A stretch of DNA of 63,042 bases, counting the filler. It is 14 parts of 14 records of this genome, joined end to end, with 100 filler letters (N's around TTAATTAATTAA, not from the genome) between each part and the next. Parts side by side here need not be neighbours in the genome. Positions count along the whole stretch, not along the records: positions 49,157 to 53,353 come from SRR11831585_617; positions 53,454 to 57,064 come from SRR11831585_620; positions 57,165 to 63,042 come from SRR11831585_623; 11 more parts are not named here. One strand, given 5' to 3'. This document shows positions 51,637 to 62,933 of the stretch, in pieces. Both the position numbers and the translations under genes were made by a program. Position 1 is the first letter of the stretch. Each line of letters opens with the position of its first letter. Under the pieces are notes generated by a model. That model was not told the origin of the DNA and made no database searches. It was given only the letters and a program-made list of their open reading frames with translations.

Positions 51637-52757
51637 GTCTCGTCCTGCACCCAAAGAATGCGTTAGAATGCTGAGGTTTCCTAGACTGTTTCGCCGCCGG
51701 GATCGCGAATCGATCGATGCGTTTGACAGTCGCCGCTACGAAAACAGGATTATCAGCAACTGACTGCAAACAAAACACAGTATGACGTACCTTTTGACGG
51801 TGGAGATCATGTACGGTCGGCGGGATTCGATGCAACCTCTCCTGGTCGCTCATCACACCCGTATTGGAGAAGGAACACAACAGCACAATGTATAAGATCA
51901 CTCTGCTACACTTCGACAGCAGAAGCAAACAGTAAAGAGTCCGCATCCACTTGGGCTTCCACGTGTCCAATGCGCCTTGGCGAGATCCTCTCAGATCTGT
52001 CAGAACGGTAAGTCAACGTTGCGACTTCTGTCTACAAGGAATCCTTCAGTTTCTGTATCAAGTACAACGGCATGTAGCGGTGGTGATGAAGACGGAACGT
52101 GCTGTGTGCGGTGCCCGCTGGGTCCACCAAGCACGAACTACGAATGTAAACGTACAAAGACACACTATAACAGTTTATCACCGTGTAATCAGACTACAGT
52201 AATATCCTTATCTACAGCAGCGCCACAAAGAGACACCAAATACGGAACCACATGCTGATTGAACGAGAAATCTATACACTACGGAGCACTTACTTACATT
52301 GCATCCATCCTAATAATATATGCATAAGCAACATCACATCGGATAGAATAACATATGAATCGTGCACGCGCAAGCATCTTCCCCCGAGAAGAAACCGCAC
52401 CATAGTTCCCAATCGCAAACACACAACAAAGCGCCCGCGATCGCAATCAACCGGACTGTCAGAACGCAATGAACGATTGGAAATACAACACAGTCAACCA
52501 TGAAACCCGCACGCTGCAGCGTACGCTAATATCAACACAACCAGTTGAACAAACTCCACGAAGAGTGTCCAACGCATGTACATACATCATGAATTCATGT
52601 CACAAGAACCGGAAGAAACTGACAACAAGCAACTCTGTGGAAAGAGCCACGTGCAAACAGCCAGATCAACGCCACGTGAAGATACACACACATCCACAAC
52701 ACATAAAAACAAACGCACACTCACGACCCAGCGTCCTCTGGTAACAGAAAACATAAA

Positions 52758-53353
52758 TCACACACCATACACACGTTCCTTCGCCTCCCGGTACTGCGCA
52801 CGCCAGTCCACATGCGCCACAACATGCCCCAGCTCTTGATCGTCGATATCACCAACCGCCGGCGTATCGTCACAGAACTCACTGGAGATGGCATACACAC
52901 AGCACACATGATCGGAGCTGGCTGCAATGCGGGTCCCGTCGGGGGAGAAGCATGCAGAAAACACCTCACGATCGTGTCGGAAGGTCCCTGTCATCCGCAA
53001 CGTGCTCATGTCCCACAGGATCAGACGCCGGTCCTCGGAGACCGACGCCAAGAGACGGCCGTTCGGGGAGAACAGCACAGAGTAGATGCTCGAGTTGTGA
53101 CCCAGCAGCACGGTCAGCAGCTCGTAGGTGGTGGGGTCGAACAGCCGCACATTGTCGTCCGCACACGACGTCGCAAGATAGCGCCCGTCGGGGCTGTACC
53201 GTGCCCCAAAGCAGACGGTCGCGTGCTCGAGGGCTTTGATGAGTGTGCGGCCGGCAATGTCAAACACACGCACGAACCGGTCTGTACAGGCCACTGCGAT
53301 GCGCTTGTTGTCGCACGAGACGCTCATTGCGAAGACGTGGCCCCCAAACCCCT
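52758..53353 (-). CDS. WD40-repeat protein B, 5'-truncated
   Basis: GHNSSIYSVLFSPNGRLLASVSEDRRLILWD and related blades; ends HVDWRAQYREAKERVYGV*. Confidence 0.88.
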
Positions 53354-53453
53354 NNNNNNNNNNNNNNNNNNNNNNNNNNNNNNNNNNNNNNNNNNNNTTA
53401 ATTAATTAANNNNNNNNNNNNNNNNNNNNNNNNNNNNNNNNNNNNNNNNNNNN
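53354..53453. other. Artificial contig spacer
   Basis: N44-TTAATTAATTAA-N44. Confidence 0.99.
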
Positions 53454-53585
53454 TTTTTGTCAGCGACAATTTACAGAAGAGAATCGCGGAAACCGCTTCA
53501 GACAAGCCTCCGCAAGGAAAATTAGTCACGACTGAAAGCATTGGCTGGGCGACAAAAAAAGTTCCAGGATTAATCCTAAATTTAC

Positions 53586-54095
53586 TTAATGATACAAATT
53601 AGAGTGAATTTTTAGCCCGGAAAGTTGTCTCGTGGCGTGAGAGGATGCGCTTACCGGACGCATAATAAACCCCATAGCGTTACCTTCATTTGCCGCATCA
53701 ACAAGTTCAGCATGCTCTTCTTCAGTCAAATCATCTGCCAACCAACCGATCACCACACTGTAATTGCCCGTGCGTAAAGCGCGAACCATTGACTCCACAG
53801 TGTGGCAAGGGGAGAGCTGGCTAATCTGCATTACTTTCGTTAAGGGTAGCCCAGATGCCTGAACCCATTCCCGACTCAGTTTTTGTTGCGGTGTTAACCA
53901 GAGTTGCCAGCGCGATTGCTGACCGAGTTGCTGTAACAATGGCAACAGTAGAAGTTGCGTCATCATGGGCTGATCTTCGCGATAGACAACTTCACTGATA
54001 AGCCCGGCTGTAGTGTTTTCCGTAGAGACACGCGCAATTTTACTTGCTGCGGATGAGAACGACGAAGAACGATGTGCATAGCCTGAAGTGTACAT
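53586..54095 (-). CDS. sulA: SOS cell division inhibitor
   Basis: 169 aa MYTSGYAHR...KIHSNLYH (C-terminal Lon degron). Confidence 0.98.
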
Positions 54096-54117
54096 AATCA
54101 ATCCAGCCCCTGTGAGT

Positions 54118-54137
54118 TACTGTATGGATGTACAGTA
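54118..54137. promoter_or_regulatory. LexA SOS box of sulA
   Basis: TACTGTATGGATGTACAGTA (CTG-N10-CAG). Confidence 0.95.
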
Positions 54138-54313
54138 CATCCAGTGACAACAAAGATCAACCCTATTTTCGGAAAGAGCCTCGCAAATTTTGTCGTTGGT
54201 GACGGGAAAACATAAATTAATCTTGCCCCTTAAGAATAAGTTGCCTATTTTCGTAGTTAACGGATCCGTTAATGTGAATCATTCTTTTATGTTATGATTT
54301 TAAAAGGAATTTT

Positions 54314-54943
54314 ATGAAAAGCCTCTCCTATAAGCGGATCTATAAATCACAAGAATACCTGGCAACGTTGGGCACAATTGAATACCGATCATTGTTTGGC
54401 AGTTACAGCCTGACCGTTGACGACACGGTGTTTGCGATGGTTTCTGATGGTGAGTTGTATCTTCGGGCTTGTGAGCAAAGTGCACAGTACTGTGTAAAAC
54501 ATCCGCCTGTCTGGCTGACATATAAAAAGTGTGGCCGATCCGTTACCCTCAATTACTATCGGGTTGATGAAAGTCTATGGCGAAATCAACTGAAGCTGGT
54601 GCGTCTGTCGAAATATTCTCTCGATGCAGCGCTGAAAGAGAAAAGCACGCGCAATACCCGGGAAAGACTGAAAGATTTGCCCAATATGTCTTTTCATCTG
54701 GAAGCGATTCTCGGGGAGGTGGGGATTAAGGATGTACGGGCGTTACGTATACTTGGGGCAAAAATGTGTTGGTTGCGACTGCGGCAGCAAAACAGTCTGG
54801 TGACAGAAAAGATTCTGTTTATGCTTGAAGGTGCCATTATCGGCATTCATGAAGCTGCGCTCCCGGTGGCACGCCGCCAGGAGCTTGCAGAATGGGCTGA
54901 CTCTCTTACGCCGAAACAGGAGTTTCCTGCGGAACTTGAGTAA
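54314..54943 (+). CDS. sxy: TfoX/Sxy competence regulator (CRP-S co-activator)
   Basis: 209 aa; RSLFGSY TfoX_N and LKDLPN TfoX_C motifs; divergent from sulA. Confidence 0.95.
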   Translation: MKSLSYKRIYKSQEYLATLGTIEYRSLFGSYSLTVDDTVFAMVSDGELYLRACEQSAQYCVKHPPVWLTYKKCGRSVTLNYYRVDESLWRNQLKLVRLSKYSLDAALKEKSTRNTRERLKDLPNMSFHLEAILGEVGIKDVRALRILGAKMCWLRLRQQNSLVTEKILFMLEGAIIGIHEAALPVARRQELAEWADSLTPKQEFPAELE

Positions 54944-57059
54944 TCTGGCGTTGCAGACGACCAATCTCAGGCAGTAATGCAATCAATAATCCAACTTGTT
55001 GTACGACCAGAGGTTCTTTGCTGTCTGCCCGTGGTTCAAGTTGCTGCATCCGCTGTTTCAGGCTAGCTAATGCCTCATTGACGCGTTCTTCATCAGCAGG
55101 TTGATGATGTAACGCGTCATCAACATAGCAAACTGCGTCATCAAGAAACGCCAGAATTTCAGGATTAGTTAACTGCTCCCGGTGAGCACCGAGGGCTGAG
55201 ATATAGCTGGTAAACGTATGGTTAAGGCACAGCAACCGAAACGCGGCTTCGCGAATTTGCGGGGTAACGTTCGGCTCGCTGGACATATTTGATACCACCG
55301 ACGCCAGCTCAGCATCACGGTTGTGTGCATCGCGGCGGGCAATACGATACGCCAGACGGTTATCACGCCCCTGATGGTATTGCTCCAGTATGGCATCGAG
55401 ATACCGACAGTTGGCCTCTGTGGCGCGTTCGAGCATGCGCGGCAGATTGCGAAACTGCCAGTCAGGCCAGATGTAGCTCACTGCCGCCCACGCAATGGCA
55501 CAACCAATCAGCGTATCGATTACGCGAGGTAACGCTACTTCAAAACCTTCACCCAGTAAGTTAAAACACAGTAGCACCAAAAGTGTGATGAACATCGTTG
55601 CATGAGCGTATTGCACGTTACGGAAGGCAAAAAAGAGCACGCCGGTAATAACCAGCAGCACCAGCTGCCCTTCCAGTGATGGCACAAACCACAGCACAGG
55701 AATGCCAATGGCGATACCTACCAGCGTACCAATAATCCTTAACTTCAGGCGGTGGCGCGTGGCGTTATAGTTTGGCTGGCAGACAAACAAACTTGTCAGC
55801 AAGATCCAATACCCGTGATGCATTCCGGTTATCTGAATGATGGCGTAGCCGAAGCACAACACCAGCGACATTCTTACCGCATGACGGAAGAGGGCGGATT
55901 CCGGCGTGAAGTGACGGCTAAGACGCAGCCAGATATCACTCAACCCGTGCGGGCTGTCATCAGCGAGCTCATTTTCGTCATTATTATGGGGTAGTGCCTG
56001 GGCCTGTTCTGATTCAATTGTTGCCAGTTGGGCATCAATGGCGCGTAAATTGTTCAGCAAAAATCCCAGTGTTTTGAGTAAATCGGCGGGTGCGCCGTTA
56101 TCGCGCATCCGCTCCAGCGCAGCATCAATATGCGTAAAAGCGCGCTCAAAATGCGGATCATGTTGATAAGGCTGACGCAACAAAATACAGCGTGACAGTT
56201 GCTGGCACGCCTGGCCCTGCATCGACATCAGCCGCTGAAAACGGAACAGCACGTCGCTGTGGCGAAAATGTTCACGCAATGTTTGATACTGAATATGAGA
56301 AGAGCTGGCACGCTCGTGAATATCCTGTGCGACAAAGTAATAATGCAGCGTGCGACGCGTTCCCCGTTGACCACGATCGCCACGTAAGCGGGTCAGCAGC
56401 GAGAGTTTCGTCTGATTCAATGTCGCCATCAGCAGACCGTTGGCGAGAGCCAAATCGTACAGCGGTGCCTGGCTTTGATCTTCAATATCAGGATCAAACA
56501 TGCGCGACTTGAGCTCAAGATAACGCGCCAGTTGTTCATAGCAACGCGCCAGGTTGTCCTGCAGCGGGCGGACCGGGAACAGCAGATGACCAATAAGTGT
56601 CAGGACGTTGTACCAGACGGCACCGGCCAGCAGATACATCGGCTGCTGATACCAGTGCTCATACAGTGATGTTCCCAACATAGTGTAAATGGCGATCAGC
56701 AATGCACCGAAGGCAATTGTTGCATAGCGTTGACCCAGACCGCCGAGCAAAATGAAGCCGCTGGTAGAGAGCGTTAAGCCAATCGCAAATAGCCAGGGCC
56801 AGGGAAACAGCAATTCTACTGAGGCCGAGGCGATAAAAAAGCAGAACAGCGTAATGATGAGGTTACGCAAACGTCCCGCCAGTCGGTCATCGAGATCGGT
56901 CAGCGCCGCTGCCACCATCCCCAGCGTTAGCGGAATCGTCAGTTTTACATCACCCAGCCACCACGGAAACGCTGTGGTTCCACAAAGCGCAATAAAAATA
57001 CGCGCGTAATACAGCCAGGCGCTGTTCCAGGTATAGCGTTTGAGCAAAGGACTTAGCAT
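54906..57059 (-). CDS. yccS: YccS FUSC-family inner membrane protein
   Basis: 717 aa; QDIHERASSSH and YWILLT motifs. Confidence 0.95.
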   Translation of the reverse strand: MLSPLLKRYTWNSAWLYYARIFIALCGTTAFPWWLGDVKLTIPLTLGMVAAALTDLDDRLAGRLRNLIITLFCFFIASASVELLFPWPWLFAIGLTLSTSGFILLGGLGQRYATIAFGALLIAIYTMLGTSLYEHWYQQPMYLLAGAVWYNVLTLIGHLLFPVRPLQDNLARCYEQLARYLELKSRMFDPDIEDQSQAPLYDLALANGLLMATLNQTKLSLLTRLRGDRGQRGTRRTLHYYFVAQDIHERASSSHIQYQTLREHFRHSDVLFRFQRLMSMQGQACQQLSRCILLRQPYQHDPHFERAFTHIDAALERMRDNGAPADLLKTLGFLLNNLRAIDAQLATIESEQAQALPHNNDENELADDSPHGLSDIWLRLSRHFTPESALFRHAVRMSLVLCFGYAIIQITGMHHGYWILLTSLFVCQPNYNATRHRLKLRIIGTLVGIAIGIPVLWFVPSLEGQLVLLVITGVLFFAFRNVQYAHATMFITLLVLLCFNLLGEGFEVALPRVIDTLIGCAIAWAAVSYIWPDWQFRNLPRMLERATEANCRYLDAILEQYHQGRDNRLAYRIARRDAHNRDAELASVVSNMSSEPNVTPQIREAAFRLLCLNHTFTSYISALGAHREQLTNPEILAFLDDAVCYVDDALHHQPADEERVNEALASLKQRMQQLEPRADSKEPLVVQQVGLLIALLPEIGRLQRQITQVPQETPVSA

Positions 57060-57064
57060 AAAGG

Positions 57065-57164
57065 NNNNNNNNNNNNNNNNNNNNNNNNNNNNNNNNNNNN
57101 NNNNNNNNTTAATTAATTAANNNNNNNNNNNNNNNNNNNNNNNNNNNNNNNNNNNNNNNNNNNN
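57065..57164. other. Artificial contig spacer
   Basis: N44-TTAATTAATTAA-N44. Confidence 0.99.
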
Positions 57165-57165
57165 G

Positions 57166-60100
57166 ACTACCGTAGTGGACACGCAGCCACCGGTATTTGC
57201 CCCGTTGGCCAACATCACACGCACTTGTTGGTCAGAGCAGGCGCCGTCTGTGGCCTATGTGCTTCCGACCGTGGGTGATGCGTGTGACCCCGCCCCGTAT
57301 GTGTACATCAACAGCGACACGGTGATCGAGAGTGGTGCCTGCCCGGGTGAGCTCGTGGTCGCACGGTCCTACACGGCGGTACGTCTCCGGCCCCTCTGTG
57401 GTAGCATGCGTGTGATGCGCGTGTCCGTACTCGATACTTCAATGTTGTGTTTGTTGTTACAATAAGGCTTTATGAGTAGCACAAGTATATGAGTGCAAAC
57501 TGCATTCTTGGTTATACATGGCTTTGTAACTAAGTGCTGTAGTTGGACGCGTGCAGCAATGCAGCCTCGGCGGTGCAGTACATCCACTACACATGCAGTA
57601 CGTGTTGTGTTGTGTATTTCGCCGGAGGTGTCTGTTCGTTCGTCTCAATTACATGGCCGTTCTGAAGTCAAGTGTACGTGTGAGATGTGTGTCTGTCTGA
57701 ACGGCTCACCCACGACGGCTGCTGTAGGCTGCATTGAGGCTGTCACGCCGCTGTTTTCGACGCTGCGAGGTGGCACACTCTTGACCGTCACGGGTCATAA
57801 CCTGGGAGCAGGTGCGTTCTCCCACAGGGCCGTATACGTTTCCAACTTGACCGTGTTGTTTGATCTGTGTGCGGGTTTTCCAAGCCTCGTATTGTTGTTG
57901 GCTGCCTTTTTCCTGATCTGGTTTCTGTTTTTTTGTGCTAGATCGGGTAGCGGATGTGCTGGTTGCAGGCACACCGGCGCGGATCGTTGCACAGACGCCG
58001 GTAAAAATCACAGCCCTTCTCAGCCCTGTGTCCCAGCCTGCGTCGGGTGCTGTAACGTTGCGCACCGTGGATGGGCATGAAATCAGTTCGGCAGTCACGT
58101 TCCGATACATGCACGGTATGGTGCTCTGACTCGTCCGCACATCTTGCAGTGTTCAACCATTGGCAAAGTCCTCCCAACACACCACCGACACACTATCACA
58201 TGCCCTATATCGGTCTTCGTCATGTGGAATTATGCGTTGACTGCTGTTCTCCGCTGCAGGCTGTGGGCAGGCCCTCCTTCGTGGCACCAGCGGGCAGTTC
58301 CACCCAGGATTTGCGCCGTTCCCCGTGCCCCCCAACGTGGTGTGCAGCTGGGACATCGACGTGGGCACTCAGTCTGACACGCTGATCACGTTCAATACAC
58401 TCGGGCTCGCACCGGGTGATTCGGTACGTCGCAGTCACGGGCCGTGTGACAAATGACTATGTGTGTATGGGTCGTTTGAAATGCTGTCTGACTCCTGTCG
58501 ACGTTGTGTTGGTGGCGCACCTTGCTGCAGATCACCGTCAGCCATGTGGTGGGCAACGAGCTGCACACGCTGCACACCCTCACATCTGCCTCTCTTCCTG
58601 GCTCTATTTCTGTCCCGGGCCCACATGCGCTCATTATTCTGTCCACGGTCAACGAGGCACCTGGCTTCGATGCGCACTGGACGGCAGTTGGTGTGCAAAC
58701 ACCGGTGAACCTGACCGACATGCAGATCTGGGGCGTTTCTGACGGCGACGTGCTTGGTGTCAGCACCGTCATGTACATCATTGCGTTCTTCGATGCGGAT
58801 GTGGTCGACACCCAGCTGCCCTGCGATCCCGTCCTCTATCTCAACCTCCGCCCCGGCAGTGTCCTGTCGACCGCTCGCCTGTTCAACCGCTCGGAGTTTA
58901 ACGCGTTCGCGTCGTACACACGGGATGGGGTGGTGGAACCCCCGGCACCGGCCAACTCACTGGTTTTCGTTCACACGATGGTGGTGGGTGAGCATGCGCC
59001 GCAAGCCGATTTTGGTACCGTGCTCACGCCAAAGGAACGGGCGATGACCTGTGTGCCCTTTGTTACACCGGCGTCGCTTCGCGCCGTCACACTCAGCCCG
59101 ACTGTTTCTGTGCGAACGGGCGGCCCCAGCATCACCAACGTGTTTGCCAGCTCCCCCAATGGGAACTACTCCACGGGTAACGTGATCGACATTGTGGTGA
59201 CTTTCTCACGCCCGGTGGCGTTCATCCTGCCCGATGGCAGCGGCGCCCCTGTTCTTGGTACGTGGCAAACTCTGCGACTTTGTTTGGTTCTTGCGGTGTG
59301 AATACCCTATTCACTAACGTTTGCTATGTGTATAGTGGGGACGCCTGGTTCAGACAGCGGCGGGGCCGCGAACGAACTCTCCCACGGTCACTACGCCGCT
59401 GTAGGCTTTCCTCCGGTGCGTGCGGGCGTACACGGCATGATTCGCGACGAGCACACCTCGGACCAGGGCGGAACTGCCTCCAACGGGGACGGGCTGGAGA
59501 TTGGGGGCAGTGGGTTCCCCGAGCCCCCGCGCGCGCCCATGTCAGCCCTGCGGATCAGTCTGGAGCTGAATTCGGGCGCGGAGTACGTGCGGTGACGCGG
59601 TGACTGTCAGCCGAGGCGTGTCCTCGCATATCACCTTGTACTGTTTCTCACATATTAGCTCTACCTTGATGTCCTCATCGCGGTTGTTCGGTCCTCTGCA
59701 GAGCGTACCTGTTGGGCTATGCTTCCCCTGTGGACCAGCGCCAGATTCTGTTTCGATACGTGGTGGGGCAAGGGGAGAACGCACCTCTGCTGGATGCTGC
59801 CTCGCGAAACGCATTGAGACTGAACGGAGGAAACATTTACGATCAGGCGACTTGTACGTCTTTGTGGACTGCTCATGATCCTGAATGATGTGCTATGGCC
59901 GTATGCGGCGGAGCGTTATTGTCCAACTCTTTCGAATATCTATCGAAGCCGTGTCAATATAGTCCGTTCCTTCGCGCCCTTTTCTTTCGTATGATTGGTG
60001 ATTGTTCTCTGTTCTCACCCTCGCGCGTCCCGCCACCTGCCACCAGATGCTGTAGCGGACGCCGCAGTCCCTGTGGGTGCCATCCCAAGCAGTCTCGCCA

Positions 60101-62933
60101 GTCGCTCCCGTCTGAGTGTGCGCGCTGCGGGTGTCAAGATGCCCCCGCTTGGATACGATGGCCGTGTGGTATGTCGCCTCGATGCGCGCTATGTAACAAG
60201 AGAGACGTGATCCTGTTGCCCCAGCTGTGCGTTTCGTTGCTGTGGTTCTGTGCGCCGTTGACCAGGTTGCTCATTATGCGTCTGCATAGCTACCGGGTGG
60301 ACAGACACGTGCGGCCGCGGTGATACCCGGCAACTGGTCCTACGACGCGGCCACAAACAACCCGTCGGTGGTTCGGGTGGCTGTCACACCACAGGTACGT
60401 TACAGGCATGCGGACACAGCACGATGAGATTTAGTGCACGTTCTTGCTTCCTCAAGTCTTCTGTCGTCGCCACATTTGATACACAGCTGTGAGCTGACTG
60501 CGATGGTGGTTGCCGTGGTAGGTGCTGAGTCTGTACGAGGTCAACGAGCAGCAGCAGACGTTCTATGCGGACATCATTCTGCGGCAGATGTGGTACGACG
60601 CGCGCCTCGAGTCCGCCAACACGGGCAGTGACGGTGCTGTGAGTCTGGGGCCTAATCTGACTGCGGTGGGGTATGCGCCGGTGTGCTGTAACGTATCAAC
60701 AAGCCGTTAGCGTTTGACATTTGTTTGTTCTTCATGGTACATTCCAGCATTGTTCATATCTGTGCTCATGTGCACGCGTGGTGGTTGAGTGTGGATGTGT
60801 GTGTACTTCTGTGTATTTATGGATTTTCTGCGCTTTGTAGATCTGTGGGCCGGATGTTGTGGACGCCTGGGCTCACGTTTGTGAACAACCGGGATCAGCC
60901 AAAGCCTTTCGAGTCGCGTATGGTCATCTACCCGACTGGCATGGTTGAGGTGTGCATTTGTGCCTGTGAACTGACGGCTGCGAGCCAACACGCGTGTGCT
61001 TATGTGTTTGTGCGGAAGATCATGTATTTGTGTTGCATGTGTGGGCGTGGCCTGGACTGTGGGTTTCGTCTCTGCGGATCGCAACTGTGAGGGCATTGTG
61101 ACTGCTTTGCTGCAATATCTCTAACTGTGTGGTACTTACCCTAGCGACTGGATCGGTACATCACCAAGTTCGCAGCTCCCATCAACGCCCGCAACTTCCC
61201 GTTCGACGATCAGAATTTTGACATTAAGGTGCGACAACCTATTCGCTCTGTGTCATCCTGTACCTGTCTGTCCTCATTGCCTAACGTTGATCAACACAGA
61301 TGAGATCCGCCTTTTACAACTCGTCCTTTGTGGTGTTCGCGCTCAACACCTTCGACACCGAGCAGACGAACAACGTGGCCGCGCTGAACGATGCCATCTG
61401 GAGCTTCGATTCGTACTCACAGGTACGCACCTCTCTGCTGTCGGCTCCGACTTGGGTTGCCGTGCTCTGTGGCGCGCTTCTTTGATGACGAGGGTGACGG
61501 CAGGTGGGTTGTGTCCACGCTTTCGTTGTGCGGCTATCCTTATCTCCCGACTCTTGTGCAGCACTCGGTCGTCCCGCCAGCGGGCCTGCTGGGCGGGTTT
61601 CACATCCTCACCACACGCGTGCACGCCAACCGCATCTTCACCTACAACGTAGCCGTGTTCTTCATCCCGCTCGTGCTCATCTTCGCAGCGTCCTACCTCA
61701 GTTTCTTCGTGGCGTTGCGATCGGACAAGCGCTTGACGGTCCCGCTGACTTCGTTGGCTGCAACACTGGCGTTCACGTTTGTGCTGGTGAACCTGTCCCC
61801 GCCTGTGTCGTATATCACACGCATGGCAGTGGCGCTGCTGGTCACCTATGCATTCGTAACCCTCATGCTCATCATACAGGTGCGCTGGGTCGTTGGTTTT
61901 GTGCATCTGTTGTGTTGCGTGAGTTTGTGTGTGTGCGTGTGGTTGTGTTCGAGCGTGGGTGTGTGTCTCTTCATCCATTTCGTTTGTTGCATCGAGTGTT
62001 GTCTCGGCGGGAACACCAAACGCAAGCACATGTGTTCTTTTGCTGTTCTCTCTGTCACTGAACCGGCTGTCATGGCGTGTGTGTGCAGGGTGCTATCATC
62101 CAGATCGCCCTCATTGCCGAGGAGGGGCTGCCCCCCGAACGTATGCGAGCGCGCGGGATGTACCCCTCAGCCGTGTCGGATACGGGCACCCCCCATCCAC
62201 ACGGCCACAAGCTGCACGGACAGAACGCACCCGGGTCCGGTGCGGACCCCAGTCAGCCCGCGTACCTGCAGCCTCGCGAGTCGGATGCGGACGCTAGGGT
62301 ATGTGATGCCTTGTGTTGATGCTGGGGATGGTGTGTGTGTTATACGCCGCACAACCCACCGTGGTTTGTTGTCATTGGCCCTTCGTTTCCTTTCATCCAA
62401 CCTCGCTTCCCCACCCTCCGCGCTGTGCTGATGTGGTTCTGTAGACCGACCACTCGGAAGGTGTTGCGAGCGGGCCTCGTGTGAACGAACGCGGCTCCCA
62501 GCCACAGACGCAGCAGCCCAGCAAGGTTGAGCTGGTTCCTGGCGAGTCGAGTGACAGCGACGAGCCCACGGAGATGGTGTGCTGCGGGAAGATTACGCCC
62601 ATGATTGACCCCAGACGGCGCAAAGTTTGGGTACGTGGGGTTGCGCCCCGTGGGTTGGTTGCGATTGCGGTGGTGGTGGTGGTGGTGGTTGTTGTTGATG
62701 GTGTTGTCTCCTGTCCGTAACAGTGCTGAAGGCACTTGCATGGTGATCACTGTTATTACAATTCACTGGTACCCCTCCTCTCCTTCTCTATCATGCGTGT
62801 TCTCATACTGAGCTTGTGCTTCATCGTTTCTTCTTAGATTGCTCGTCTCCATGCGGCATCGTTCTTGTGCAAGCTTCTGTTACCCATCGCGTATGTTGCA
62901 ACAGCACTGGCTGTCCTCCTCGCGCGGTTCTGA
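57166..62933 (+). CDS. Cys-less pentameric ligand-gated ion channel subunit with large N-terminal extracellular extension (HYR-like, IPT/TIG, CUB, 2x Ig-like); 18 exons, 5'-truncated
   Basis: Exons 57166-57378, 57543-57597, 57728-57811, 57942-58115, 58260-58423, 58531-59257, 59336-59582, 59702-59853, 60047-60168, 60290-60394, 60522-60670, 60841-60949, 61145-61228, 61300-61422, 61562-61879, 62089-62298, 62445-62630, 62838-62933. All introns are GT-AG and phase-consistent; total 3318 nt. pLGIC motifs YEVNEQQQTF, WYDARL, LWTPGLTFVN, FPFDDQ, pre-M1 Arg, M1 Pro, PPVSY and M4. Confidence 0.88.
62669..62696. repeat. (GGT)n/(GTT)n repeat in the last pLGIC intron
   Basis: Seen directly. Confidence 0.8.

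Noticed and set aside
51800-52750. Small ORFs between the two WD40 genes
   Set aside because: Isolated splice-like signals, but no supportable protein.
60321-60323. In-frame TGA (selenocysteine, readthrough or pseudogene) after YRVDRHVRPR in the channel gene
   Set aside because: Splice phases put exon 60290-60394 in the other frame (LPGGQTRAAAVIPGNWSY...), which is open.
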